A DNA stretch of 36,978 nucleotides from Nemertoderma westbladi (GCA_032718475.1 JAUCBJ010007668.1:1-36978); one strand, 5' to 3'; shown: positions 1-11,127, numbered from the stretch's first letter. Numbers and translations are program-made. The notes: generated by a model from the letters alone, not told the origin.

Positions 1-114
1 AAGTTACTAGATATAGTCACCCACTTGCCACTTAGAGTATAAATTTACTGTACGTGTATATAAACTTATCCGTAACTTCAATTTAATGAGCTTCATTGTA
101 TTTAATTTCTACAG

Positions 115-240
115 GATGGAATGGTAACTTTCTTCGTCGATGGATCCAACTCTATAGAGCGGGGGATTATATGGGAGGGTTTATGTGTCACCGCCGGGGT
201 GCTAACTGCTGGCGCGATACTTACATTAGCACTCCGTTAG
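115..240 (+). CDS. Probable last coding exon of a Bcl-2 family (Mcl-1-like) gene: end of BH2 plus C-terminal membrane anchor
   Basis: Acceptor tttaatttctacAG at 113-114, then a phase-0 frame DGMVTFFVDGSNSIERGIIWEGLCVTAGVLTAGAILTLALR*. This resembles the Mcl-1 C-terminus (GW|DGFVEFF...hydrophobic tail ending in R), and Bcl-2 family genes have a conserved intron right after the BH2 GW. Upstream exons are outside the window. Confidence 0.62.
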   Translation, partial: DGMVTFFVDGSNSIERGIIWEGLCVTAGVLTAGAILTLALR

Positions 241-1609
241 CCCACCAGAGCTGCCATTAGCACTCAGTTAGCCTACCAGAGCTGCCCATTAACACTCCGT
301 TAGCGGGTTAGCCTACCAGAGCTGTACATTAGCACTCCGTTAGCCTACCAGAGCTGCCCATTAGCACTCCGTTAGCCGACCAGAGCTGCCCATTAGCACT
401 CCGTTAGCCTACCAGAGCTGCCCATTAGCACTCCGTTAGCCTACCAGGAGCTCCCCATTAGCACTCCGTTAGCCTACCAGAGCTGCCCATTAGCACACCG
501 TTAGCCGACCAGAGCTGCCCATTAGCACTCCGTTAGCCTACCAGAGCTGCCCATTAGCACTCCGTTAGCCTACCAGAGCTGCCCATTAGCACTCCGTTAG
601 CCTACCAGAGCTGCCCATTAGCACTCCGTTAGCCTACCAGAGCTGCCCATTAGCACTCCGTTAGCCTACCAGAGCTGCCCATTAGCACTACGTTAGCCTA
701 CCAGAGCTGCCCATTAGCACTCCGTTAGCCTACCAGAGCTGCCCATTAGCACTCCGTTAGCCTACCAGAGCTGCCCATTAGCACTCCGTTAGCCTACCAG
801 AGCTGCCCATTAGCACTCCGTTAGCCTACCGGAGCTGCCCATTAGCACTCCGTTAGCCTACCGGAGCTGCCCATTAGCACTCCGTTAGCCTACCAGAGCT
901 GCCCATTAGCACTCCGTTAGCCTACCAGAGCTGCCCATTAGCACTCCGTTAGCCTACCGGAGCTGCCCATTAGCACTCCGTTAGCCTACCAGAGCTGCCC
1001 ATTAGCACTCCGTTAGCCTACCAGAGCTGCCCATTAGCACTCCGTTAGCCTACCAGAGCTGCCCATTAGCACTCCGTTAGCCTACCAGAGCTGCCCATTA
1101 GCACTCCGTTAGCCTACCAGAGCTGCCCATTAGCACTCCGTTAGCCTACCAGAGCTGCCCATTAGCACTCCGTTAGCCTGCCAGAGCTGCCCATTAGCAC
1201 TCCGTTAGCCTACCAGAGCTGCCCATTAGCACTCCGTTAGCCTACCAGAGCTGCCCATTAGCACTCCGTTAGCCTACCAGAGCTGCCCATTAGCACTCCG
1301 TTAGCCTACCAGAGCTGCCCATTAGCACTCCGTTAGCCTACCAGAGCTGCCCATTAGCACTCCGTTAGCCTGCCAGAGCTGCCCATTAGCACTCCGTTAG
1401 CCTACCAGAGCTGCCCATTAGCACTCCGTTAGCCTACCAGAGCTGCCCATTAGCACTCCGTTAGCCTACCAGAGCTGCCCATTAGCACTCCGTTAGCCTA
1501 CCAGAGCTGCCCATTAGCACTCCGTTAGCCTACCAGAGCTGCCCATTAGCACTCCGTTAGCCTACCAGAGCTGCCCATTAGCACTCCGTTAGCCTACCAG
1601 AGCTGCCCA
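224..1609 (+). repeat. 32-bp minisatellite, about 43 near-identical copies (CCTACCAGAGCTGCCCATTAGCACTCCGTTAG)
   Basis: The unit recurs in register at 601, 633, 1081 and 1561. There are only scattered single-base variants, most of them in the first few copies. Confidence 0.98.
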
Positions 1610-3212
1610 GAGTTTGTAAATCCTTTCCCATTAAGATATATTTTTACATTTATTTGCATCTTATCTCCTTTGCCCCAATAATGCTGCCTTGAGTTAATGT
1701 TTTATATATTTGGTTCTACGACGGTTCGTAGATTTAGTCGCTGTTCTCTATCGAACTAAACTTAGTCTATACGGGTAACTACTCGATCACTCGATGGGAC
1801 CCGTTCCTGGCATTAGATATTGGCTGGATTTACCAACCAACTATATTTTTTAAGCTTTTTAGTAATAATGTTAGTTTGGCTGTTGGTGGTTGTCCTTCTT
1901 TAGTGAACCATTATCTTGCTTTCCCTATTCTCACTAAATGGTACCGGTACGGTAACGAAGTATCACATATACTTTTGTTTTATTAATTAATTTTGCGGTC
2001 GCGTTATTTTTATGCAACAACACAACCAAAGTGTGGTGGACTTTGTGTGTCAGACGACTTCCGGTAGTTCCAGCTCGATTATTTTGTTTCATTATGCCAA
2101 CTTGTCGGCGTTTAGAATGTTTTATGGATAAAATGTGTACCAAGTTTGGTTTAATTTCATCTCGAATTACCACAAATTAGACGCTGACAGACAACTCGTT
2201 AGTGGTGTCCATATCGTAAGGCTTCGCTCACTTGGTGGCTCGCCCCCAACCAGAACGCTCGAATCTGTTATTGACATAATGTAACGAAATAAAATGTTTA
2301 TTAATTATATATCTGGGCGGGTTGGTTATTAACTATATTTCGACAATATTATCGGACCCGTTGGATTATATTACTGGCAAATAAAGTTGTTTTCTAATAA
2401 ATAAACGGATTATATTTTATTCTTATCTCATTATCTTGCGCTTCGCTATTTCTATATTTTTATTTTGTTTCGACAGCGTCTCGCGCGCTTAAAGAGCTTT
2501 CTACTTTTTCATTGACTGCCGCCGAAACAATTTTTGTAGGTTCTATTTCTATTATTTGTAACGAAATATTATATTAAGTAATAAAAAGTTAAATATTACG
2601 AAAAATAAAGAGAACATTAAGGTAATATTTAACTATTTAACTTTTACTAGTTTATTTTGTTCTTCAACTGTTAATGGAAGTTATTAGTTTATATATTCTG
2701 CCGTGTTCTTAGACACTTTTATCTCGTTGTGTTGGGATTTTATCACTTTTATCTCGTTGGGTTGGGATTTTATTAGAGTATTTTATTGTTTTAGGTAATG
2801 CTGACTAACACTGCACCATTCATATACACTAACTGATTGGCTAATAATGTGCAGTTCGCATTGCTGTACGAGTACCTTTACAATATCCAGTTCAAATAAA
2901 AAGGGCTCGTTCATAAATAACCTAACGGTCTTTCAGCTAACCTAAGAACCCATACTACCACATTCTATGGTTTAAAATGTGGATGGGGCGAGCCATGAGA
3001 TACGGCGAGTCCATAACAATGCAAACACGTCACGTCTACACCCCCCCCCCCCCCCCCCCCATCCCTAAATGCCACAGGTTTCCCATAAATCCCGCCCCTC
3101 CCCTTAGTGACCGCGGTGTCGTTTATGGACGGGTCCTATTAGACTATTTTTGCGCCACCCGGCGGTTACCTGATGAATATATTAATCTATACGTACTATA
3201 TATTCTAGTGTT

Positions 3213-3440
3213 TAAACGGGATCCCGACAAATTGTGATCCCGGCGAATCTGTAGAAAGGGATCCGGTCGTATAAATAAATAGTGAAGTTAATTTATTGAC
3301 TATCCAAAGAAAAGTTCCACCAGAATAGAAATGTATTGATTATCTCGAAATGTTACTGAACCATCAAGTAATCAACTACAAATTAATTATAATGGAACTT
3401 TATCTTACTGTTAGAGTTTCCTCAGTGTGAAATAAAGTAG
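3213..3440 (+). repeat. Diverged dispersed repeat, copy 1 (MITE-like remnant)
   Basis: Shares colinear blocks with 4096-4361: AACGGGATCC..GATCCCGG, AATTTATTGA, CCAGAATA, TATTGATTAT, AGTAATCAACTA, AGTGTGAAATAAAGTA. Confidence 0.6.
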
Positions 3441-4095
3441 ACACCACCATATACACTGAAAACTTTACGGAAACTGTATTATAAAATGGTCCCAATCCCA
3501 AAAAGTCGGTTCCCGTTTGAACACTAACTGGTAAAGGTCGTCTTTAGCTATTATAATATTTAGTGACCCGATTTGAAATGCTGATTATACCAAATGAAAT
3601 TATATAGCTGTAATAATTTGTTTTCTTTGTTTTACAATTATAATTATGTAACCATATACATATTCATTAAAGTAACATAATATAATAATAACATAACAAA
3701 ATAAATCTATTCAAATTCAACTTGATTCATTAACGGCTACCTTCTACATCTACAACCAAGTCGGTAGGTACTCCTCCGATATCATCTATCATAACGAGAT
3801 TTGTGTTGTTTTCATCCGTGACAATGTGCGCGATATGTGTAGCATTGCATACTGTATTGGACCTACATACTATAGATGTGGTGCTTATACGATTGGTTTA
3901 TATAAGAATATTATTGGCTTTTTGCTTTTATGATATACAAGTGTAGACGCCCCTGGGAAGGATACGACACGATATCCAATTGTCGTATTTTAGTATTTTT
4001 TAGTTTCGAATCCCAAAAATGTTCTTTCGTATCGTATAAATACGAGAATTAATTAATGTTTGTACCAAAAACTTTTCGGTTTTTGGAGATTTGTA

Positions 4096-4361
4096 ACGGG
4101 ATCCTGATCCCGGAAAATCGGGATCGCGGTGAAAAGTACAATACCGATCCGGCATTTTTGGAACGGGATTCCGAAGTATAAATTGTTAAATTTATTGAAT
4201 ATCCGATGAATAGTTGCTATTTAGTTGAACCAGAATATAAATTTATTGATTATATCGAATTGTCGGTATACTGGATGTCAGTAAACTTTCCAGTAATCAA
4301 CTATGAATATATTTTAATATAATTTCATCGTACTAATATTTCAGAAGTGTGAAATAAAGTA
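4096..4361 (+). repeat. Diverged dispersed repeat, copy 2
   Basis: Colinear similarity to 3213-3440. Confidence 0.6.
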
Positions 4362-5419
4362 ATATAATTTTCCTAAAATCCGGAGCAGATCTGAGGAATT
4401 CAACGCAGACAACAGCCCTGATGGGATTACAAGCAAAAAATGCAACTGCTGTTAGTTGTATATACCTTATGTTATTGTCTCTAGTTGATTGTTTGCGCTG
4501 TAACCTGATCCTTTCCTGTACTCTATAATTAACATTGTTATTTATCCGAGATGGATGACCCCCCCCCCCCCCCCCCCCCGGCTCAATCAGAAAGTGTTGT
4601 TTATGAACTTATAACACAACCTAACGTTATTCTATTTACTATCTCTTACAAACCAACACCGACTCCAAAGTAATTATTGTAGCCAAGTCATGTGACTGAG
4701 TCTCATATTCATTCACTCGGATATCCTCCCAAGCCAGTGCCACTTAACCCGTTACTCTCCTACGTTTTATCTTATTTACACAGCGGATCTGCAGATATTG
4801 GATTTAAATTCAATCATCCATAGAATTCAGTTGGTAGATCGTTTACTCAGTCGTATGATGATAATAAGTGTGGTTTAGGAAAGTTTTATCGGGTTTATTT
4901 GGGTTTGTCATGTTGATGATGATGATCTGTTCATGCATCTATAGTTACTCAAGTTTGTAGCACGAGCACCCAAACACCTGGTCCAGTAGACAGAGTGGAC
5001 AGACACATCTAATTAATCTCACAGTTTGCAGAAGTGATTACATTGAAATTGTACGCAAACATTTATATTCCTAGGTCATACAGTCTGGTTATTATATTAT
5101 TATAATGAAATTATGTGGAATTTATTTAAGCTAATACAAACACGAAAATTGAAGTGAACTAGATTGGTGAGTGTGTGTTTTCGTGTAAAAATTGGAAAAT
5201 ATGGATGTTTTTTACTTGAATAACAAAAAATACATTAAATGAATGGGAGAATCTTTTATACTCATTAAGGGGGATGGGGGGTTGGGGTGATACTAATTTT
5301 GGTCATATATTTTTATTTATTTTATTATTACTTCAAGAGCAGAATTTTACGAGGATTTTAAATCTGAAAACGGCTTGGCAAGATTTATTGTACTTCTAGA
5401 ATTATGCCGTATTTTCTAT

Positions 5420-6018
5420 ATGTATGTCGGTCTGTCAGATCAAAATATTATATAAAGCACTGTCGGAGATTGTCCGACGTAGTCAAAGAAAGCACCCCAT
5501 CCAACTATAACTTTTGTTGTTACCGTGATTTAATTCCATAGTTTAATTTCCCAAGTCAGTTTTAAGATTTTGCAGAATATAGACTGTTGTCTCTAGGGTT
5601 GTGCACTGTCTGTCGGTCTGTCCATTTGTCGGTCTGTCCGTCGAAATATAAGAAAGTACGCAACCCAGTTTGCCAGTTAATGCTTCCGTTCTAAGGGTTT
5701 TCTTGGTCAGAGATTTCATTTTCGAAGTCAGTATTTTCAGTAGGAAGTACATTTGCCAACATCATGTCCGTCTTTATGGATGTCAGTCAGTCTGTCAAAA
5801 TATTACTGACAGGCGGACAAATAAACATACAGTTTGGATGCTATCAAACGAGAAAACTGTCAGTTGGAATGAAATCACCATCCAGGAAAACCCCATAGCA
5901 AAATACTTGCTTTAGATGGAATGTATTTACATTTTGTACATATACTTATATTTTGACCTACAGGCCGTCGGTCAGACACTTAATGTGCTGCGCGAAGGGT
6001 CATTTTGACCATCCTAGT
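5420..6018 (+). mobile_element. Possible non-autonomous Helitron/HINE-like remnant
   Basis: Degenerate GTCT/GTCC/GTCG microsatellite blocks at 5420-5800. A 3' end-like signature GCGCGAAG, hairpin GGTCA-TTT-TGACC, then CTAG-T lies at 5990-6018. The left boundary is uncertain. Confidence 0.35.
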
Positions 6019-6541
6019 TAGTTAAATACATAAATTATAAAAAGTATTATAATATATTACTTGAAAACGAGGATGTGAGTATCAAATGATCGATTTATCT
6101 CTATAATTGTACTCAATTGTGAAAACTTAATATGGAAATTTGAGTTTTAGTTGTAAAAAGTGGTGGGGAAAACCTTCACTTGTTTTTTCGTGCTCCGCGA
6201 AGGTTTTCTTTCATCCTGCTAAATATTGTTCAAATCATGGCATGTTGCCAATTTGGTTTTTTGGTTACTTTTATTAGGTACAAAATTGGCATCAAAGATT
6301 GATTAAAAAAACACTACAAAAGGAAAAATGTAGGACAATTGCATTATTATTAAAAATGGCGGGAAGGTTTGAATTACCGTAAGACTATAAGCTGAACTTA
6401 AAATTGATTCTCATCAAAACAAAAAAAAAACAATTTTGATAATCCATTGAGATAAAGGAACTAAAGGAGATAAAATCGTGTTTCTACTGTTTCGTAATTT
6501 GTCCTCATTAATTATGTTAATTTATGCATAATTAAGCTAAT

Positions 6542-6823
6542 TGTTAGGGTCCGATATGAATCAAAATAAATTGTAAACTTTTATCTGACCAAGTAGTATA
6601 TTTTCTAGATTGCTCTAACCGAATAATAAATATTATATCCTACAAACAGCTGTACTACGTTGTATAATCTAAGTAAAGGTCATATTACTGGATGGTGTAA
6701 GAGTCAATGTATCGAGATTTGATTATCCCATTATAGTCATTTATATACGGTATTTTTCCAGTGTTAATTACATTCCAATATAATTAAGGATTAAAGCAAT
6801 ATACACTTTTATTGACTCTTACA
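6542..6823 (-). repeat. 3' LTR of the Gypsy element (282 bp)
   Basis: TGTTAGGG...CTCTTACA. Differs from 10841-11127 by 3 substitutions and one 5-bp indel, counted by eye. Confidence 0.96.
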
Positions 6824-6837
6824 CGACACCCCTCGTT
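6824..6837 (-). promoter_or_regulatory. Polypurine tract-like site of the Gypsy element
   Basis: The minus strand reads AACGAGGGGTGTCG immediately before the 3' LTR. Confidence 0.6.
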
Positions 6838-7057
6838 AAGAGCGGAGCTCATAATTTAAAATGCTATATGGAAATAAAGAACTTCCAAATAGCATCCAAA
6901 AAATATATTTCTTATAACTAATATGGCCGCCTATTTTATTACTAAAAATATAATTATTCTGTAGGTTTAAACGAAATAATCAAATAATTATACCAAATAC
7001 ATTATATTAAGTAATTTGCATGTGTGGAACAAACATATAATTAATTATGTATGAATG

Positions 7058-9793
7058 CTACTGAATTGGGAATTGAAAACGAACTTTCTTTATTAATTTT
7101 GTTTTGTCAGATATATGATTTATTACGGGTTTGACCCTATCTAATGATATTACTTCATTTTTATCCCGTAATTTAATCGTAATAATTTTTTCCTTGATTT
7201 GTACAATTTCATATGGCCCTTTGTACAATGGATGCAGCGAAGACCGCTTAATAGGATCACGAATCCATACATGAGTAGCTTTTTGTAGAGATTTAGGAAC
7301 GTAACCTTTATTTGAATAATTTCTTCTTGGGGGAAGAAATTTGTCAACTTTTGCAAAAAGTTTTTGTACGAATTCTGGAACAGTTGGGGTATCTTTATGT
7401 GATTCTGGCTCAAAAAATTGTCCAGGAAGTAACAATTCAGTTCCGTATAAGAGCTGAGCTGGCGAATTACCATGAATTCCTACGGCTGACCTTAAACCTA
7501 AAAGGACTAGTGGCAGTTCGTTATACCATGAAGAATTATTGCACTTCGCTCGCAATGAAGCTTTTAATGAGCGATGAAATCTCTCTACGAGACCGTTGCA
7601 CGCTGGATGATAAGCAGTAGTTCTCGACCTATCAATTCCTAATTCTCGAATAAGCGCACTGTATAGTCGAGACTCGAATTGTGAACCACGATCAGTTATT
7701 ATTTTTCGTGGAACGCCGTATCGACTAACCCACGATGTCAGAAAAGCGTTTGCAATACTATCTGTTGTAATATCACGTAGTGGCGCAACCTCTGGCCACC
7801 TAGTAAATCTATCTATGGCTGTAAATAAGTATTTGTATCCACACGATGAAGGGAGAGGACCTACAATGTCTATATGTACGGTATCAAGTCTAGAGTAAGT
7901 TGGTATAGATTCTATTGGCATATTAATTTTACGAGTTACTTTTGATACTTGACAATTAACACACTCATTAGCCCACTGTTTTATTTGTTTATTCATTCCT
8001 GGCCAAATGTATCTACTAGAAATGAGGCGCAATGACTCTTTCCAACCAGGATGTGCAAGGTTATGAATTGAATCAAATATTTCCCGTCTTAATTGCACAG
8101 GCAAATAGGGTCTTAAGTTAATGGATGTGTCATCATACATTACAAATTGGTTCTCATTTACCGCAATTCGTTTCAAAGGTAAATTGGTTGATTTAAAAAA
8201 TAACAGTAGAGCCTTATCTTTTAACTGAGCCTCAGCTAATTCTCTCAAATTGTCAAATGAGATGGTTGAACAAGGTCTAGACAATGTGTCGGCTACGATA
8301 TTGTCTTTTCCGGCAACATGTTTTATTTCACAATTAAATTCCGAAAGGAAAGATAGCCAACGGGACTGCTGTGGTGTCGGATTTTTCATATTTAAACAAT
8401 GAACGAGAGGTTTGTGGTCAGTATATATTGTTATGACTTGTCCAAATAACCAATCGTAATGTTTGAGTGTTGTGTATATCGCCAGTAACTCACGGTCAAA
8501 TGCAGATTTTTTACTTTCAGTGGATGTAAGTTTTCGTGAAAAAAATGCTAGTGGTTCAGATTTTCCTTCTACCATTTGATGCACTACAGCACCTACCGCC
8601 TGCCCTGATGCATCTGTCGTTATGGTTAATGGAGCCCCGGGTGATGGAAATGATAATGTTACAGTTTGTTTTAATGCCTCTTTTAGCCTTATAAAAGCTG
8701 TATCTGCCTCCGGGGTAAATGAAAATTTTTCACTTTTCGATTTTGTGGACCTAGTTAGATCAGTAAGCGGAGCTGCAATAGATGAGAAGTTTGGAGTGAA
8801 ACGGTGGTAAAAGCCACACATACCTAGAAACCTGCGCAGTGAGGATATGGTTTTTGGCCTTGGAAACTCGTCTATCGCTCTAATTTTCTCAGGGTTTGGA
8901 CGAACGCCTGATTTAGTAACAATGTACCCAAGAAATAAAACTTCCTGCTGTAGAAATGTACATTTGCTTATGCTAGCCTTAAGACCCTTTTCCTCTAATC
9001 GTTTAAGAACCGTTTCTATGTCTTTATAGTGCTGTTCTATGTTTTCACTGGCTATTAATATATCGTCAATATATCCAATTGCAAATTTTAAGTCGTAGAG
9101 GGTTGTATCAATTAGCCGCTGAAATGTTTGTGAGGCATTTCTTAATCCAAACGGCATTCGCCGAAAAGAAAACATACCAAATGGCGTGGTTATTGCAGTT
9201 TTTTTAACATCATCCGGCGCGACCGGTATTTGGTGAAAAGCTGTTTTCAAATCAATTTTTGAAAAAATATTACAACCTCTACAATAATTGTTTGTAACGT
9301 CTGCAATGTTTGGCATAGGATAACAATCCCGGACAGTCAATCGGTTCAATTTCCTATAATCACCACAGGGTCTCCAGCTACCATTGGTTTTAGGGGCAAG
9401 ATGGAGTGGCGAGGACCAGCAGGATTCACTACGCTCTACTATTTTTGAGTTCAACAAATCATCGAATTCTTTAGTAGCTATTTTGAATTTTTCTCCGTAC
9501 AATCTCCGTGGTCTAGAAAAACATGGAGGTCCGGTTGTTAAAATATGATGTTCGATATCATGTTTGACAGGTGCATCTAAGCTTTCTGACGCAAAAACTG
9601 ATTTATATTTTTGAGTAATTTTATTTAAACGATTATCTGAGGTAATTCGATTAATATTCGGATGCCCTTTTTTATGACTCTTTTGAAAATATATATCTGA
9701 CGACCATAAATCAATTTTAGGAGGGCCTGAACATCCTATGAATTCATTTCCTACAGTAAAATCGTCTAAAGTAAGACCTACAACGCTACCCAT
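7058..9793 (-). CDS. pol: Pol: reverse transcriptase, RNase H and integrase (911 aa ORF)
   Basis: RT motifs WRPCGDYRKLN, KIDLKTAFHQIP, MPFGLRNA and YIDD. RNase H motifs TDAS, RELLA, TDHKPL and NIVADTLSR. Integrase HNLAH...CVNC zinc finger, HIDIVGP / TDRGSQF / NGLVERFH (DDE), and GPY module. The true start or expression mode is uncertain. Confidence 0.96.
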   Translation of the reverse strand: MGSVVGLTLDDFTVGNEFIGCSGPPKIDLWSSDIYFQKSHKKGHPNINRITSDNRLNKITQKYKSVFASESLDAPVKHDIEHHILTTGPPCFSRPRRLYGEKFKIATKEFDDLLNSKIVERSESCWSSPLHLAPKTNGSWRPCGDYRKLNRLTVRDCYPMPNIADVTNNYCRGCNIFSKIDLKTAFHQIPVAPDDVKKTAITTPFGMFSFRRMPFGLRNASQTFQRLIDTTLYDLKFAIGYIDDILIASENIEQHYKDIETVLKRLEEKGLKASISKCTFLQQEVLFLGYIVTKSGVRPNPEKIRAIDEFPRPKTISSLRRFLGMCGFYHRFTPNFSSIAAPLTDLTRSTKSKSEKFSFTPEADTAFIRLKEALKQTVTLSFPSPGAPLTITTDASGQAVGAVVHQMVEGKSEPLAFFSRKLTSTESKKSAFDRELLAIYTTLKHYDWLFGQVITIYTDHKPLVHCLNMKNPTPQQSRWLSFLSEFNCEIKHVAGKDNIVADTLSRPCSTISFDNLRELAEAQLKDKALLLFFKSTNLPLKRIAVNENQFVMYDDTSINLRPYLPVQLRREIFDSIHNLAHPGWKESLRLISSRYIWPGMNKQIKQWANECVNCQVSKVTRKINMPIESIPTYSRLDTVHIDIVGPLPSSCGYKYLFTAIDRFTRWPEVAPLRDITTDSIANAFLTSWVSRYGVPRKIITDRGSQFESRLYSALIRELGIDRSRTTAYHPACNGLVERFHRSLKASLRAKCNNSSWYNELPLVLLGLRSAVGIHGNSPAQLLYGTELLLPGQFFEPESHKDTPTVPEFVQKLFAKVDKFLPPRRNYSNKGYVPKSLQKATHVWIRDPIKRSSLHPLYKGPYEIVQIKEKIITIKLRDKNEVISLDRVKPVINHISDKTKLIKKVRFQFPIQ

Positions 9794-9798
9794 AACAC

Positions 9799-10821
9799 CT
9801 ACTGTATAATGAAAAATAATGGTAATATTTTAAAGTAATGAAGAAAATAAGCACAATGGTAACACAAAGTTAATATCAGTAATAGTAATATCACATTATT
9901 TTTAAATGATGAAAAATACCTACTATTACTTCTAAAAGATTCCCTCTTGTGAGTCGTATCACTTTCCTGAGAACGTTTTGGAATATGTTTAGAATTCGGT
10001 TGTTGTAATTTTGGAATGGGTGATTGCTCACATGAGACATTCTTGACTTTGTTTACACATGAGACGGACGTCCTATTCATACTATTAAGATTGCGGAAGT
10101 ATACCTTTCTATTTCTACAGTCTATGTTAATATTGTAGTGTTGAAGAAAGTCTAAACCAAGAATTGGTTGACTTACATCAGCAACAATAAATGTCCATGA
10201 AAACAATTTATTGGATAGTTCCGGTATAGAAAAAGAAAGTTTACCTTTACCATAAGATTTTATACTTGAGTGATTGGCAGCTGTTAAACTTTCAGAATTT
10301 GGTACTAATTCTTCTAAGTACATTTTGAAACATGGTGGCAAAATGGAGAGGTCACTTCCGGAATCTACTAATAATTCACCTATAGGTAAAGCTTGTACAT
10401 GTATAGCGTTGACATCGCTAGTATTATTATAATTTTGATTAGAGTTACCTGGCATTGTTGAGCTTGCCTTAGAGAAATCTTTCCAGTTACATGGAGGTTC
10501 ACACTTCGATGCCTCTTTACCGTAGGTGAAATGGTAGTAGCACCATGGCCCGGTTGGATTATATGAGCGAGATTCAGAACGTCGTCGGCTGGGAGTTCTT
10601 TGCCGACTTAGTGATCGTTGTTGCCATGAACGACCTCTACCATCTTCTCGATTAGATGACATAGCTCGTAGCTGTGTGTTGATTTGGTTAATCTGATCAG
10701 AAAGCATCTGTTGCGATTGTACTAAGAGTCTTTGAGATTCTTGCAGGGCACCAAGTTCGGTAACGTGAGCAACTGGAAATAAAGATGATTGATCTGTTTT
10801 CGACTGATGCTGCTCCATCAT
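9799..10821 (-). CDS. gag: N-terminally truncated Gag (RS-rich + CHCC knuckle) fused to aspartic protease with a hydrophobic tail
   Basis: WCYYHFTYGKEASKCEPPC (CsRN1-type CHCC), LVDSGSDLSILP and ILGLDFL (retropepsin), and C-terminal VILLLLILTLCYHCAYFLHYFKILPLFFIIQ. Confidence 0.88.
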   Translation of the reverse strand: MMEQHQSKTDQSSLFPVAHVTELGALQESQRLLVQSQQMLSDQINQINTQLRAMSSNREDGRGRSWQQRSLSRQRTPSRRRSESRSYNPTGPWCYYHFTYGKEASKCEPPCNWKDFSKASSTMPGNSNQNYNNTSDVNAIHVQALPIGELLVDSGSDLSILPPCFKMYLEELVPNSESLTAANHSSIKSYGKGKLSFSIPELSNKLFSWTFIVADVSQPILGLDFLQHYNINIDCRNRKVYFRNLNSMNRTSVSCVNKVKNVSCEQSPIPKLQQPNSKHIPKRSQESDTTHKRESFRSNSRYFSSFKNNVILLLLILTLCYHCAYFLHYFKILPLFFIIQ

Positions 10822-10837
10822 CTCGTCTGGGTCACCA
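10820..10837 (-). promoter_or_regulatory. Primer-binding site, tRNA-Trp-like
   Basis: The minus strand reads TGGTGACCCAGACGAGAT 3 nt after the 5' LTR, a 16/18 match to the tRNA-Trp PBS TGGTGACCCCGACGTGAT. Confidence 0.85.
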
Positions 10838-10840
10838 ATA

Positions 10841-11127
10841 TGTTAGGGTCTGATATGAATCAAAATAAATTGTAAACTTTTATCTGACTAAGTAGTATAT
10901 TTTCTAGATTGATCTAACCGAATAATAAATATTATATCCTACAAACAGCTGTACTACGTTGTATAATCTAAGTAAAGGTCATATTACTGGATGGTGTAAG
11001 AGTCAATGTATCGAGATTTGATTATCCCATTATAGTCATTTACTGTATATACGGTATTTTTCCAGTGTTAATTACATTCCAATATAATTAAGGATTAAAG
11101 CAATATACACTTTTATTGACTCTTACA
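10841..11127 (-). repeat. 5' LTR of the Gypsy element (287 bp)
   Basis: Near-identical to 6542-6823 and adjacent to the PBS. Confidence 0.96.

Larger units (their letters stand above)
6542..11127 (-). mobile_element. Ty3/Gypsy LTR retrotransposon, CsRN1-like clade, 4586 bp
   Basis: Paired TG...CA LTRs, 5-bp TSD CTAAT (6537-6541 and 11128-11132), tRNA-Trp-like PBS, CHCC Gag knuckle, and PR-RT-RH-IN domain order. Confidence 0.96.

Noticed and set aside
224-1609. CRISPR-like appearance of the 32-bp array
   Set aside because: The units are head-to-tail with no unique spacers, there are no cas genes, and the context is eukaryotic.
2977-3237. 86-aa ORF with poly-Pro
   Set aside because: The poly-Pro comes from a 20-nt C homopolymer, and there is no other coding signal.
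7150-9029. Small ORFs overlapping pol, and similar ones overlapping SLC25 and the BEL ORFs
   Set aside because: These are antisense or alternate-frame shadows of real coding sequence.
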